Positions 1 to 10,402 of a stretch of DNA of 32,000 nt are shown here, piece after piece; the first letter of the stretch is position 1; each line of letters begins with the position of its first letter. Both the position numbers and the translations under genes were made by a program. Where the stretch lies: the NCBI GenBank assembly GCA_963843975.1, contig CAWJMG010000001.1, forward strand, positions 90,001-122,000, given 5' to 3'. This DNA comes from an uncultured Actinomycetes bacterium (GTDB lineage Bacteria; Actinomycetota; Actinomycetes; S36-B12; CAIYMF01). The notes beneath the pieces are model-generated. The model ran no database searches and was not told where the DNA came from. It worked only from the letters and a program-made list of their open reading frames with translations.

Positions 1-1589
1 CCGGTCTTCATGGCGGTGTCGATGTCGTCGGCCGTGGCGTAGTTGGCCTCGAGCATGCGCACGGCGTCGTTGAGGTACGGGAACAGCAGCGCGTTGACGA
101 TGAACCCTGCGCGGTCGCCGCACGTCACCGGGTGCTTGCCGATGCGCTTGCAGAGGTCGACCGCGGTGGCCACGACGTCGGCCGCGGTCGCGACCGTCGA
201 GACGACCTCGACCAGCTTCATGATCGGCGCCGGGTTGAAGAAGTGCAGGCCCACGACGTCCTGCGGGTACTTCGTGACGGCCGCGAGGTCGACGACCGAG
301 AGGCTCGACGTCGTCGTGGCGAGGATCGCTCCCGGCTTGCAGATCTCGTCGAGCGCCTCGAACAGCACCGTCTTCACCGCGAGGTCCTCGACGACCGCCT
401 CGACGACGAGGTCGACGTCGGCGAGGTCGTCGAGGCTCGTCGTGCCGGACACGATCGCGAGCGCGACGTCGCGCGCCTCCTGCGTGAGCTTGCCGCGGGC
501 CACGCCCTTGTCGAGCGAGCGCTCGAGGTTGTGGCGGACTCGCGCGACCTTGTCGTCACCGCGGGCGACGTACAGCACCGGGATCCCGGCCTTGGCGAAG
601 ACCTCGATGATGCCCGTGGCCATGGTGCCCGAGCCCACGACGCCGACCTTGTCGACCGGGCGCAGCGGGGTGTCGGACGCCCCGCCCTCGACCGGGGTGA
701 GCGCGTCGGCGATCACGACGGGCGAGTTGGGCGCCTCGTACGTGTAGAAGCCGCGGCCGGTCTTGCGACCGCGCAGGCCCGCGGTGACCATCTGCTTGAG
801 CGCGGGGCTGGGGGCGTGCAGGCGGTCGCGGCCCTGCTTGTACATCGTGTCGAGGATCTCGTACGCCGTGTCGAGACCGATGAGGTCGAGCAGCGCGAGC
901 GGGCCCATGGGGAGGCCGCAGCCGAGCTTCATCGACGCGTCGATGTCCTCGCGCGTCGCGTACTTCGTCTCGAACATCGACACCGCGTGGTTGAGGTAGC
1001 CGAAGAGCAGCGCGTTGGCGATGAAGCCGGCCTTGTCGTCGACGACGACCGGCAGCTTGTCGAGCGAGGAGGCGAGCGCCTCGACGTCGGCGACGACGTC
1101 GGGTGCAGACACGACCGTGCGCACGACCTCGACGAACTTCAGCACCGGGGCCGGGTTGAAGAAGTGCATGCCGACGACCTGCGCCGGCCGCTTGGTCGCG
1201 ACGGCGATGTCGGTGACAGACAGGGACGACGTGTTGCTCGCGAGGATGGCGTCGGGCCCGACGATCGCGTCCAGCTGCTCGAAGATGCCGCGCTTGAGGT
1301 CGAGGCTCTCGCTGACCGCCTCGACGACGAGATCGCGGTCGGCGAGGTCGGCGAGATCGGTGCCGAAGCGGATCCGGCCGATGATCGCGGCGCGCTCCTC
1401 CTCAGTGGCCTTCCCGCGCTTCACGGCGCGGGCGGTGGAGCCCTCCACGTGGCCGCGCCCGCGCTCGACCGCCGCGTCGTTCGCGTCGATGCCGACGACG
1501 TCGTAGCCGTGGGAGGCGAACACCTCCGCGATACCGGCACCCATGGTGCCGAGGCCGACGACACCGATCCGCTTGATGTCACGCGACAT
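1..1589 (-). CDS. 3-hydroxyacyl-CoA dehydrogenase family protein, tandem two-module form (partial; C-terminus runs off the left edge)
   Basis: Absent from the ORF track because it has no stop inside the window. Reverse-strand ATG at 1589-1587 is preceded by GAGGAG. My translation reads [24 protein letters not shown]...NTSSLSV...[16 protein letters not shown]...[12 protein letters not shown] second module follows: [20 protein letters not shown]...TTSSLSV...[16 protein letters not shown]...[15 protein letters not shown]. That is two Rossmann NAD-binding plus HADH C-terminal units in one continuous frame. Confidence 0.85.
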   Translation of the reverse strand, partial: MSRDIKRIGVVGLGTMGAGIAEVFASHGYDVVGIDANDAAVERGRGHVEGSTARAVKRGKATEEERAAIIGRIRFGTDLADLADRDLVVEAVSESLDLKRGIFEQLDAIVGPDAILASNTSSLSVTDIAVATKRPAQVVGMHFFNPAPVLKFVEVVRTVVSAPDVVADVEALASSLDKLPVVVDDKAGFIANALLFGYLNHAVSMFETKYATREDIDASMKLGCGLPMGPLALLDLIGLDTAYEILDTMYKQGRDRLHAPSPALKQMVTAGLRGRKTGRGFYTYEAPNSPVVIADALTPVEGGASDTPLRPVDKVGVVGSGTMATGIIEVFAKAGIPVLYVARGDDKVARVRHNLERSLDKGVARGKLTQEARDVALAIVSGTTSLDDLADVDLVVEAVVEDLAVKTVLFEALDEICKPGAILATTTSSLSVVDLAAVTKYPQDVVGLHFFNPAPIMKLVEVVSTVATAADVVATAVDLCKRIGKHPVTCGDRAGFIVNALLFPYLNDAVRMLEANYATADDIDTAMKT

Positions 1590-1740
1590 GGACGAGCTCC
1601 TCAGATGCGCACGCCCCGCCCGGGTACGCCGGGATCGGGCGACCGCGGCGGCGAGGTCGATCCCATCGTGGCACCCGGACGTACCGGAAGCAGAGCCCGG
1701 GTCGCGGCCACCCGGAGCCCGCCGGGACCGGGTCAGGCAC

Positions 1741-1746
1741 TAGCGT
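1741..1746 (+). promoter_or_regulatory. -10-like hexamer TAGCGT placed 7 nt before the GTG at 1754 (leaderless nucS)
   Basis: TANNNT hexamer, 7-nt spacer, then a start codon. The same layout recurs at murA, pduO, the HIT-like gene and atpI. There is no Shine-Dalgarno sequence in between. Confidence 0.35.
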
Positions 1747-1753
1747 GCACCGG

Positions 1754-2428
1754 GTGCGCCTCGTCATCGCCACGTGCTCCGTGGACTACGCGGGCCGTCT
1801 CACCGCCCACCTCCCGAGCGCCATGCGGCTGCTCCTGGTGAAGGCCGACGGCTCGGTGCTCGTGCACTCCGACGGCGGCTCGTACAAGCCGCTGAACTGG
1901 ATGAGCCCGCCCTGCTCCCTGGCCGTCGACGAGGCCGACGACGGCACGGGCACCTGGACCGTCACGAACAAGGCGGGCGAGAAGCTCGTCATCAGCATCG
2001 AAGCCGTGCACCACGACACCGAGCACGTGCTCGGCCAGGACCCGGGCCTGGTGAAGGACGGCGTCGAGGCCCACCTGCAGGCGCTGCTCGCCGCCCAGAT
2101 CGACATGCTGGGCGAGGGCTGGCGCCTCGTGCGCCGCGAGTTCCCGACCGCGATCGGCCCGGTCGACATCATGGCCCGCGACGCCGAGGGCCTCGCCGTC
2201 GCGATCGAGATCAAGCGCCGCGGCGAGATCGACGGCGTCGAGCAGCTCACCCGCTACCTGGAGCTGCTCAACCGCGACCCGCTGCTGGCCCCCGTGCGCG
2301 GGATCTTCGCCGCGCAGGAGATCAAGCCCCAGGCCAAGGTGCTGGCCGCCGACCGCGGCATCGAGTGCCTCGTGCTCGACTACGACGCCCTCCGGGGGCT
2401 CGACGACGTCGACTCCCGGCTGTTCTGA
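1754..2428 (+). CDS. nucS: endonuclease NucS (EndoMS), mismatch-specific nuclease of non-canonical mismatch repair
   Basis: Track ORF 1745..2428. [15 protein letters not shown] at the N-terminus and [22 protein letters not shown] in the RecB-like nuclease half are typical of NucS. I chose GTG 1754 as the start because it gives MRLVIATC, the canonical family N-terminus, and has the upstream -10 hexamer. GTG 1745 is the alternative. Confidence 0.9.
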   Translation: MRLVIATCSVDYAGRLTAHLPSAMRLLLVKADGSVLVHSDGGSYKPLNWMSPPCSLAVDEADDGTGTWTVTNKAGEKLVISIEAVHHDTEHVLGQDPGLVKDGVEAHLQALLAAQIDMLGEGWRLVRREFPTAIGPVDIMARDAEGLAVAIEIKRRGEIDGVEQLTRYLELLNRDPLLAPVRGIFAAQEIKPQAKVLAADRGIECLVLDYDALRGLDDVDSRLF

Positions 2429-2450
2429 GCCTCCACCGGTCGGTGGAGGC
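2429..2450 (+). terminator. stem-loop immediately after the nucS stop (GCCTCCACC-ggtc-GGTGGAGGC)
   Basis: Perfect 9-bp GC-rich stem with a 4-nt loop, starting 1 nt after the TGA. It has no U-tail, which is common in high-GC actinobacteria. Confidence 0.45.
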
Positions 2451-2506
2451 GGAAAGCCACCAGCGGTTCGCTGCCGTCGGGCGCCGTCCTGCGGGAGGGT
2501 GGTCCC

Positions 2507-3411
<905 letters not shown>

Positions 3412-3415
<4 letters not shown>

Positions 3416-4254
3416 CCACGACGACCACGGCCCCCGTCCCCGCGGCGCCGCTCGCGCCCCCCGGCGCCCTCGCGTTGGGCCGACGCCGCGTGGCCATCGA
3501 GCTCAAGTCGTTCTTCCGCGACAAGAACTCCGCGGTCTGGAACTTCGCCCTGCCGATGCTGCTGATGATCATCTTCGGATCGGTGTTCGGCGGCCAGACG
3601 CTCGGCCCCACCGGCATCACGTTCGCGCAGTACTTCGTCGCGGGCATGATCGCCTCGGGCGTGCTCTACACGAGCTTCCAGAACCTCGCGATCGCCATCC
3701 CCATGGAGCGCGACGACGGCACGCTCAAGCGCATCCAGGGCACGCCGATGCCGAAGCTGTCCTACTTCATCGGCAAGATCGGCCTCGTCTTCGTGGCGTA
3801 CGCCGCGCAGGTGACTCTGCTGATCCTGATCGGCGTGCTCTTCTACGACATCGAGCTGCCGAGCGGCGCGCAGTGGTTCACCTTCGCCTGGGTGTCGGTG
3901 CTGGGCCTGGTGTCGTGCACCCTGCTCGGCATCGCGTTCAGCGTCGTCCCCAAGAACGCCAAGGGCGCCTCGGCGGTCGTGAGCCCGATCGTGCTCGTCC
4001 TGCAGTTCACGTCCGGCGTGTTCTTCCTCTTCCAGAACCTCCCGTCGTGGATGCAGCAGTTCGCCGCGCTCTTCCCGCTGAAGTGGCTCACCCAGGCCAT
4101 GCGCAGCGTCTTCTTGCCCGACAGCGCCGCCGCGCTCGAGGTCACCGGGTCGTTCGAGCTCGGCAAGTGCGCCGCCGTCCTGGTCGCGTGGACCATCGGC
4201 GGGCTCGTCCTCAGCCTGGTGTTCTTCCGCTGGAACAAGAGGGGCGAGAACTGA
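3412..4254 (+). CDS. ABC-2 type transporter permease
   Basis: This is the in-frame tail of track ORF 1774..4254, starting at ATG 3412. It reads MTTTTTAPVPAAP...ELKSFFRDKNSAVWNFALPMLLMIIFG and has about 6 hydrophobic spans. It is translationally coupled to the ATPase. Confidence 0.85.
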
Positions 4255-4259
4255 TCGAC

Positions 4260-5423
4260 ATGGCAGCCACCGAGGAGCGCGACTTCGCCGAGCGGACCCT
4301 CGTCGGCTGGCACGTGCTCTTCGGCGCCATGGTCGTCGCCACGGCCGTGCTCACGGCCGTCGACGGCGATGCCGCGTACATCGTGCCGCTGCTGTTCGTG
4401 CTCGTGGCGGCGTACGTGCTGGTGTGGTTCCCGCGCAAGGGCTGCGCCTCGCTGAAGCGGTCGATCCCCTTCCTCGCCCTGGCGTGCGTCGTGCTGGCCC
4501 TCATGGCGTACCGCAACCCGGCGTCGCTGGTGATCCTGTTCGCGCTGTACCCCTTGGGCTTCGTCCTGCTCGACCGCCGCGGCGCGATCATCACGACGAT
4601 CGCGATCACCCTGACCTTCACGGTCACCCTCGCCGCCCGCGACGGATTCAGCCGCGAGGCCGTGCTGCTCAACGGATTCACGGCCGTGGGCAACATCGTC
4701 TTCGCGCTCGTGATCGGGCTCTTCATCGACGGCATCGTGCGCGAGAGCCGGCGGCGCAAGGAGCTGCTCGAGCAGCTGCAGGCCACCCAGGGCGAGCTCG
4801 CGGCGCTCGAGCGCGAGGCCGGTGCCGTCGCCGAGCGGGAGAGGATCGCGCGCGACATCCACGACACGCTGGCCCAGGGGTTCACCAGCATCGTCATGCT
4901 GTCGCAGGCCGGCGAGGCGGCGGCCGTCGAGGGCCAGGGCTCCGAGGCTGCCGCGCGGCTGCGTCAGATCCAGGAGACCGCCCGCGAAGGGCTCGCCGAG
5001 GCCCGCGCCCTCGTCGGCGCGATGACGCCGCCGGCCCTCGAGGGCGACCGGCTGCCCGATGCGCTCGCCCGGCTCGTCGACCGGTTCGCCCGCGACACCG
5101 GGGTGGCTGCCGACTTCACCGTCGACGGCGAGCCCGGAAGTCTCTCGGCGACAAGCGACGTGGTCGCACTGCGCGCCACGCAGGAGGCGCTCGCCAACGT
5201 GCGCAAGCACGCGGGAGCCACGCGCGTGCAGGTGCGGCTGACGTACGACGAGGACGGCGCCACCGTGTCGGTGAGCGACGACGGCGCGGGGTTCGACCCG
5301 GCGTCACCCCGGCCTGGCTACGGTCTCGACGGGCTCGCGCAGCGGGTCGAGTCGGTGGGCGGGCTGTCGTCGGTGGAGTCGTCACCCGGTGCTGGGACGC
5401 GTGTGAGGGTGAGGGTGCCGTGA
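4260..5423 (+). CDS. sensor histidine kinase (HisKA_3, DesK/LiaS-like, membrane-embedded sensor)
   Basis: Tail of track ORF 3294..5423 from ATG 4260. It has several N-terminal TM segments with almost no extracytoplasmic loop. H-box is ERERIARDIHDTLAQG. ATPase boxes are NVRKHAGA, DDGAGF and GYGLDGL. Confidence 0.85.
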   Translation: MAATEERDFAERTLVGWHVLFGAMVVATAVLTAVDGDAAYIVPLLFVLVAAYVLVWFPRKGCASLKRSIPFLALACVVLALMAYRNPASLVILFALYPLGFVLLDRRGAIITTIAITLTFTVTLAARDGFSREAVLLNGFTAVGNIVFALVIGLFIDGIVRESRRRKELLEQLQATQGELAALEREAGAVAERERIARDIHDTLAQGFTSIVMLSQAGEAAAVEGQGSEAAARLRQIQETAREGLAEARALVGAMTPPALEGDRLPDALARLVDRFARDTGVAADFTVDGEPGSLSATSDVVALRATQEALANVRKHAGATRVQVRLTYDEDGATVSVSDDGAGFDPASPRPGYGLDGLAQRVESVGGLSSVESSPGAGTRVRVRVP

Positions 5424-6043
5424 TCCGCGTGCTGGTCGTCGACGACCACCCGGTGGTGCGCAGCGGGCTCGTGGGCCTGCTCGGCAGCGAGTCCGACCTC
5501 GAGGTGGTCGGCGAGGCCGAGAACGGCCGCCAGGGCGTCGATCTCGCGGCCTCGCTCACCCCCGACGTCGTCCTCATGGACCTGCGCATGCCGGTGCTGG
5601 ACGGCGCGTCCGCGACGGCCGAGATCACCGCTGCCGGCACCTCGCGCGTGCTGGTGCTGACGACGTACGACACCGACGGCGACATCCTGCGCGCGGTCGA
5701 GGCCGGGGCCACCGGCTACCTGCTCAAGGACACCCCGCGCGACCAGCTGCTCGCGGCGGTGCGCGCGGCGGCGCGAGGCGAGACCGTGCTCGCTCCCCCG
5801 CTCGCCGCCAAGCTGATGCGCCAGGTGCGCGGCGGCGACCAGATGACCCCGCGCGAGCTCGAGGTGCTCGCGCTCGTGGCGCGCGGGATGTCCAACCCGG
5901 ACATCGCGCGCGAGCTGTTCATCGGCGAGGCGACGGTGAAGTCGCACCTGCTGCATGTCTTCGACAAGCTCGGCGTCTCCGACCGCACCGCCGCGGTCAC
6001 CCAGGCGCTCGAGCGCGGCCTGCTGCCCTCACCCGGCGGCTGA
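5420..6043 (+). CDS. NarL/LuxR-family response regulator
   Basis: Tail of track ORF 4424..6043 from GTG 5420, with a GTGA overlap on the kinase stop. Receiver motifs are VLVVDDHP and VLMDLRMP. The C-terminal HTH reads TPRELEVLALVARGMSNPDIARELFIGEATVKSHL. Confidence 0.9.
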   Translation: MIRVLVVDDHPVVRSGLVGLLGSESDLEVVGEAENGRQGVDLAASLTPDVVLMDLRMPVLDGASATAEITAAGTSRVLVLTTYDTDGDILRAVEAGATGYLLKDTPRDQLLAAVRAAARGETVLAPPLAAKLMRQVRGGDQMTPRELEVLALVARGMSNPDIARELFIGEATVKSHLLHVFDKLGVSDRTAAVTQALERGLLPSPGG

Positions 6044-7912
6044 GGGCGCCGGCTCCGCAGCGGATACGTCGTGCCTCCTGCGCAGGTCGTAGTAGAGCAA
6101 CGTGAGGCCGATTGTCGCGACGGGCACGAGCGCCGCCGCGATCACGAGCGCGATGAGGTTCGTCGCCCAGAACGGCCAGCCCGTGAGCAGCAGGATCATC
6201 GCGCCGATGCTCGCCGGCAGCGAGAACGCGATCCACACCAGGAAACCGCCGAGCAGCGCGGCGCGGAGGCGGTGGCCCTTCGTGATCTGCGAGCTGCGGC
6301 GCAGACCCTTGCGCACGCCCTCGTCCTCGAGCTCGGTGGCAGGGAGCGCGACCGCCCAGCGCGCCAGCAGGTAGAGCGCGACCGGCAGCAGCCACCAGGT
6401 CGACGCCAGCAGCGACACGACGACGTACGCGATGATCGCGACGACCCAGCCACCCGGGTGCACGAGCACCCGCTGGAACGCCGTCGGTCCCGAGATCTCC
6501 TTGCCGTGCGCGAGGGCGTCGACGATCTCTACCGTCGTCGCCATCGCGAAGGCGACGACGGGCAGCAGCAGCACCGAGACGACCGCCGTGAGGACCACGC
6601 CCGTGACCTGCTCGCCGAGACCGTTGACGTCGGTGAGGCTGCCGCCCGGCCGCGCGCGCACCAGGATGCGTGCGACGAGGAGGTTGAGCGCGACCGATCC
6701 CATGACGATGAGCGCGGGCACCCAGAAGGCACCGGGCCGCTTGCGCATGAGGTCGAGCGACGCGACGGCGATCTGGCCGGCCTTGCGCGGCCGGTCGAGC
6801 GTGGGGTCGTCGTCGTTGAAGAAGTCGGTGCGGGCAGCGATGAACGCCAGCAGCATGAGTGCGCCGACGATGACGCCGAGCACGATGCCCGGGGAGTCCA
6901 GCAGGTCGACGAACAGCAGCGAGCCCGCCTCGGTGAGCGAGCAGAAGCCCGTCACCGCCGGGCCGCCGATCGTGGGCAGCGGCACGGCGTCCGGGCGGCC
7001 CTCGTCGAGCTGCCACTGCACCGGCTCGGCCCACTGCGTCTTCGTGTTCGGCCCGGTGGGGCCGTTGTTGAACGACGGCGCCTTCTGCCCCCAGCGGCCG
7101 GTGAAGCTGAGCCAGCCGAACTCGCCGCTCGGGGTCGCCGGCATCATCACGACCTCGGGGCGCACCTCACGACCCATCGCGGTGGTGTTGTCGCACCCGA
7201 AGCCTGCGGCCGCGCTCTTCCCGAACCACTGCGCTTGCGTGTAGTACGCCGCGTGCGACCCCTGGCCCGGGTAGACGGCGATGTGGTCGCCGTCCTTGTG
7301 CACCTTGTCGGCCGTCCAGAGCGCCACCTCGGAGCCCTCGTGCTGCGCGAACGCCGTGCTCTCCGGCGCCACGGTGAGCGCCTGCTCCGGCGTCGTCGCG
7401 GGGAAGACGAGCTGGATCATCTCCCAGTCGCCCTCGTGCTTGTCGTTCCAGTCGTTGAAGACCCAGAACAGCCAGTACTGCAGCACGAGCTTGTCGGCGT
7501 GCGCCGGGTCGGTCGTCACCCGGGCGTACACGGTGGAGGGCTTCCCCGCCGCTGCAGTCCGGAACCACTTCTCGAAGTCGCAGCCGGGTGAGAGGGGGTT
7601 GCCCGGGAGGTCGAGGTACCAGCCGTCGCCCTTGCCCGCGAGGTCAGACGCCGTGGGAGCCGCGAACGACTGGCCGTCGGGGCCGACGAGCGTGACGTCG
7701 GAGCTGCCGAGCACGGTCTCGACGGCGGTCGGGAGGTAGGGCTCGCCGTCGCCGCACGGCGACGCCTGGTCGCGCACGACCACGACGGGGACGTACTTCT
7801 GCGCGAGCTGAGCGGCCGGGTCGTCCGCGGCAGCGGCGGGCGCGGCTCCGACGAGCCCGGCGAGGCCCGCGACGGCGCAGGTCAGTGCGGCTGCGACGAT
7901 CCGGCGGCTCAT
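6029..7912 (-). CDS. membrane protein: signal peptide, Vps62/DUF946-like ectodomain, then a C-terminal polytopic domain
   Basis: Track ORF 6029..8023. I start it at ATG 7912 (MSRRIVAAALTCAVAGLAGLVGAAPAAAA, a signal peptide) with RBS GGAGAGGGAG upstream. The ectodomain carries LVLQYWLFWVFNDWNDKHEGDWEMIQLVF and VYPGQGSHAAYY, which resemble the Vps62 family signature. The C-terminal ~270 aa contain about 6-7 TM helices. Its 3' end overlaps the regulator gene by 15 nt in convergent orientation. Confidence 0.7.
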   Translation of the reverse strand: MSRRIVAAALTCAVAGLAGLVGAAPAAAADDPAAQLAQKYVPVVVVRDQASPCGDGEPYLPTAVETVLGSSDVTLVGPDGQSFAAPTASDLAGKGDGWYLDLPGNPLSPGCDFEKWFRTAAAGKPSTVYARVTTDPAHADKLVLQYWLFWVFNDWNDKHEGDWEMIQLVFPATTPEQALTVAPESTAFAQHEGSEVALWTADKVHKDGDHIAVYPGQGSHAAYYTQAQWFGKSAAAGFGCDNTTAMGREVRPEVVMMPATPSGEFGWLSFTGRWGQKAPSFNNGPTGPNTKTQWAEPVQWQLDEGRPDAVPLPTIGGPAVTGFCSLTEAGSLLFVDLLDSPGIVLGVIVGALMLLAFIAARTDFFNDDDPTLDRPRKAGQIAVASLDLMRKRPGAFWVPALIVMGSVALNLLVARILVRARPGGSLTDVNGLGEQVTGVVLTAVVSVLLLPVVAFAMATTVEIVDALAHGKEISGPTAFQRVLVHPGGWVVAIIAYVVVSLLASTWWLLPVALYLLARWAVALPATELEDEGVRKGLRRSSQITKGHRLRAALLGGFLVWIAFSLPASIGAMILLLTGWPFWATNLIALVIAAALVPVATIGLTLLYYDLRRRHDVSAAEPAPSAAG

Positions 7913-8094
7913 GCGCTCTCCCTCTCCGGCCCGGGACGGGTCGAGTCTGCCGTCCCCTACGCCCATCCGGTGGCAGGTCGGCGCCACCGGCGATGCCGTG
8001 CCGCGCGCACCGGCAGAAAACACCGACGTCCGACTCGCCGGATCGGCCTACGCTCGTCGGGCCGCAGCTCGCGGCGCCGAGGAAGGAGCGCGGG

Positions 8095-8568
8095 ATGCCG
8101 GTCGTCGCACTGCGCGAGATCACCGAGGCCAACCGCTCCGCCGTCGAGGCGCTCGCGGTGACGGCGGAGCAGCGCTTCTACGTCGCCGACGTCACCACGT
8201 CCCTGCGCGACGCGGTCGACTACCCCGAGGCGATGGCCTGGTACCGCGCGGTCTACGCCGACGACGAGCCGGTCGGCTTCGTGATGATCAGCGACGGCAT
8301 CACCTCCGACGACCCGACCCTGCTCGGGCCCTACTACCTCTGGCGGCTGCTGGTCGACCACCGCTTCCAAGGGCTCGGGTACGGCACCGCGGCTCTCGAC
8401 CTCGTCGTCGAGCACGTGCGGACGCGACCGGACGCGCGGGAGCTGCTGGTGTCGCACGTGGTCGGTCCGGCGTCGCCGCGAGCCTTCTACGAGCGCTACG
8501 GCTTCGTGCCCACGGGCCAGGTGCACGAGGACGAGCCCGTCCTCGCACTCGCCCTCCGCACCGCGTGA
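8095..8568 (+). CDS. GNAT family N-acetyltransferase
   Basis: Tail of track ORF 7885..8568 from ATG 8095, with RBS GGAAGGAG upstream. The acetyl-CoA motif region reads LLVDHRFQGLGYGTAAL and the C-terminus contains AFYERYGF. Confidence 0.8.
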   Translation: MPVVALREITEANRSAVEALAVTAEQRFYVADVTTSLRDAVDYPEAMAWYRAVYADDEPVGFVMISDGITSDDPTLLGPYYLWRLLVDHRFQGLGYGTAALDLVVEHVRTRPDARELLVSHVVGPASPRAFYERYGFVPTGQVHEDEPVLALALRTA

Positions 8569-8729
8569 CGGGCGCGCAGCCATCACCGTCGACCGCACCG
8601 TCGCCGCTCCTAGGCCGCCGGACGCTGACCGGGGGCACGTCCGGTGACGCGTGGGTCTAGGGGTTCCGTTCCGCGGGACATCGACGTCTGCCACGCTTCA
8701 GGCTCATCGAACGGCCCCTCGGAGGAACC

Positions 8730-9128
8730 GTGACCGTCCTTCTCGCCTACGTCAGCACTCCTGAGGGCGACGCCGCCCTGACCGTCGCCGTGCAGGAGAC
8801 GCAACTGCGCTCCACCGATGCCGTCGTCGTCAACATCACCCGGCCCGAGGTCGCGATCGACTCGCCGTTCTCCGCCGAGCAGACCCTGGACGCCGTGGCC
8901 GAGCGCTTCGCCTCCGTCGGGCTGAACGCCGAGATCCGCCAGCTGCCGCCCACGGCCGACGTCGCCCAGGCGATCCTCGACGCCGCCGCCGAGACCGGGG
9001 CCGAGCTGCTCGTGATCGGGCTGCGACGTCGTTCGGCCGTCGGCAAGTTCGTCATGGGCAGCACGTCGCAGCGCATCCTGCTGGGCGCGGACTGCCCGGT
9101 GGTTGCTGTGAAGGCCGACCTCGACTGA
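8730..9128 (+). CDS. universal stress protein (UspA family)
   Basis: 132 aa. The C-terminal ATP-binding-type motif reads LLVIGLRRRSAVGKFVMGSTSQRILLGADCPVVAV. GGAGGA lies just upstream of the GTG. Confidence 0.85.
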   Translation: MTVLLAYVSTPEGDAALTVAVQETQLRSTDAVVVNITRPEVAIDSPFSAEQTLDAVAERFASVGLNAEIRQLPPTADVAQAILDAAAETGAELLVIGLRRRSAVGKFVMGSTSQRILLGADCPVVAVKADLD

Positions 9129-9156
9129 CGTCGGACCCGCGCGGCACCATGGGCGG

Positions 9157-9744
9157 ATGTCGACTTCTGCGCCGTCGTACACCACGCGCCTGCTCGCCCC
9201 GGAGACCTGGGACGACTTCGCCCGGCTCGTCGAGGCCAACAACGGCGTGTGGGGCGGCTGCTGGTGCATGGGGTTCCACGTCGAGGGCCTGAGCAGCGAG
9301 CGCAGCGCCGCCGACAACAGGGTCGCCAAGCAGGCTCACGTGCGAGCGGGGACGGTGCACCAGGTGCTGGTCTACGCCGGCGACGAGGTGGTCGGCTGGT
9401 GCCAGTTCGGCCCGCCTGCCGAGGTCGCCTCGATCAAGAACCCGGCCGCCTACGCGCGGGAGCTGGTGTCACTGCCCGACTGGCGGATCGGCTGCATCTT
9501 CACCGGCTCGAAGCACCGCGGCGCCGGCGTCGCGCGCGCCGCGGTGACGGCGGCGCTGGACGCCATCCGGGCAGCCGGCGGCGGCGTCGTCGAGGCCTAC
9601 CCCGAGCAGGTCGAGGGCCGACCCCCGCAGCGCGGCGCCTACTTCCACACCGGGCCCGAGACTCTGTTCGAGGAGCTCGGCTTCACCCGCGACCGTCAGA
9701 TCGCGAAGTGGCGCTGGGTCATGCGCCGGACCGTCGAGCCCTGA
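9157..9744 (+). CDS. GNAT family N-acetyltransferase
   Basis: 195 aa. The GNAT-like core reads IFTGSKHRGAGVARAAVTAALDAI and the C-terminus contains LFEELGF. Confidence 0.7.
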   Translation: MSTSAPSYTTRLLAPETWDDFARLVEANNGVWGGCWCMGFHVEGLSSERSAADNRVAKQAHVRAGTVHQVLVYAGDEVVGWCQFGPPAEVASIKNPAAYARELVSLPDWRIGCIFTGSKHRGAGVARAAVTAALDAIRAAGGGVVEAYPEQVEGRPPQRGAYFHTGPETLFEELGFTRDRQIAKWRWVMRRTVEP

Positions 9745-9760
9745 CCTTCCGCCGTTGGCG

Positions 9761-10390
9761 TCAGGATCGGACGGGCGGGCGCTCGCCGGCCCAGGACGTG
9801 CACGTCCACGCGCCCGCGGCGTCTCGCTCGAGCTCGACCACCTGGCAGTTCGCCAGCAGGTGGGTCGCGACGAAGGCCGGGTCGAGGTCGCAGAGCGCGA
9901 TGACGCCGACCGCCATCGCTCCCCCGTGCGAGACGACGACCGTCGTCTCACCGGCGTGCTTGTCGGCGACGAGGTTCAGGGACTCGCGCATGCGGGCGGC
10001 GATCTGCAGGCCCGTCTCGCCGCCCTCGAAGCCGCCGGAGAGGTCGTTGTCGCGCCACCACGCACCGAACACCTGCTCGGCCACCGGGCCGACGGTGTCG
10101 TCGTGCACACCCTCGTGGACGCCGACGTGCAGCTCCTCGACGCCCTCGAGCTCGCCGTGCGTGAGGCCGAGCAGCGCGGCGATCTCGGCAGCGGTCTCCT
10201 GCGCGCGCACGAGCGGCGAGCCGTAGACGGCGACGACCTCGCGATTCACGAGCGTCGCGCCGACCGCGCGGGCCTGCTCGTGACCCAGCTCGGTCAGCGG
10301 GAATCCGCCGCGGGCACTGGTCCACACGCGGGCGACGTTGCCCTCGCTCTGGCCGTGGCGGACGAGCAGGATGCGGGAGGACGAGGTCAC
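9761..10390 (-). CDS. histidine phosphatase family protein (phosphoglycerate mutase / CobC-like fold)
   Basis: The catalytic motif is ILLVRHGQSEGN, with a second His in VVVSHGG. GTG start lies 12 nt after the mutase stop, so this is the last gene of the hbd-mutase operon. Confidence 0.85.
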   Translation of the reverse strand: MTSSSRILLVRHGQSEGNVARVWTSARGGFPLTELGHEQARAVGATLVNREVVAVYGSPLVRAQETAAEIAALLGLTHGELEGVEELHVGVHEGVHDDTVGPVAEQVFGAWWRDNDLSGGFEGGETGLQIAARMRESLNLVADKHAGETTVVVSHGGAMAVGVIALCDLDPAFVATHLLANCQVVELERDAAGAWTCTSWAGERPPVRS

Positions 10391-10402
10391 GGCCTCAGCA
10401 TT

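Noticed and set aside
1618-1687. An imperfect inverted repeat (CCGGGTACG ... CGTACCGG) and GATCG...CGATC symmetry in the HADH-nucS divergent spacer, considered as a possible operator.
   Set aside because: The arms are short and imperfect in a 70+% GC background where such matches arise by chance. No adjacent regulator gene supports it.
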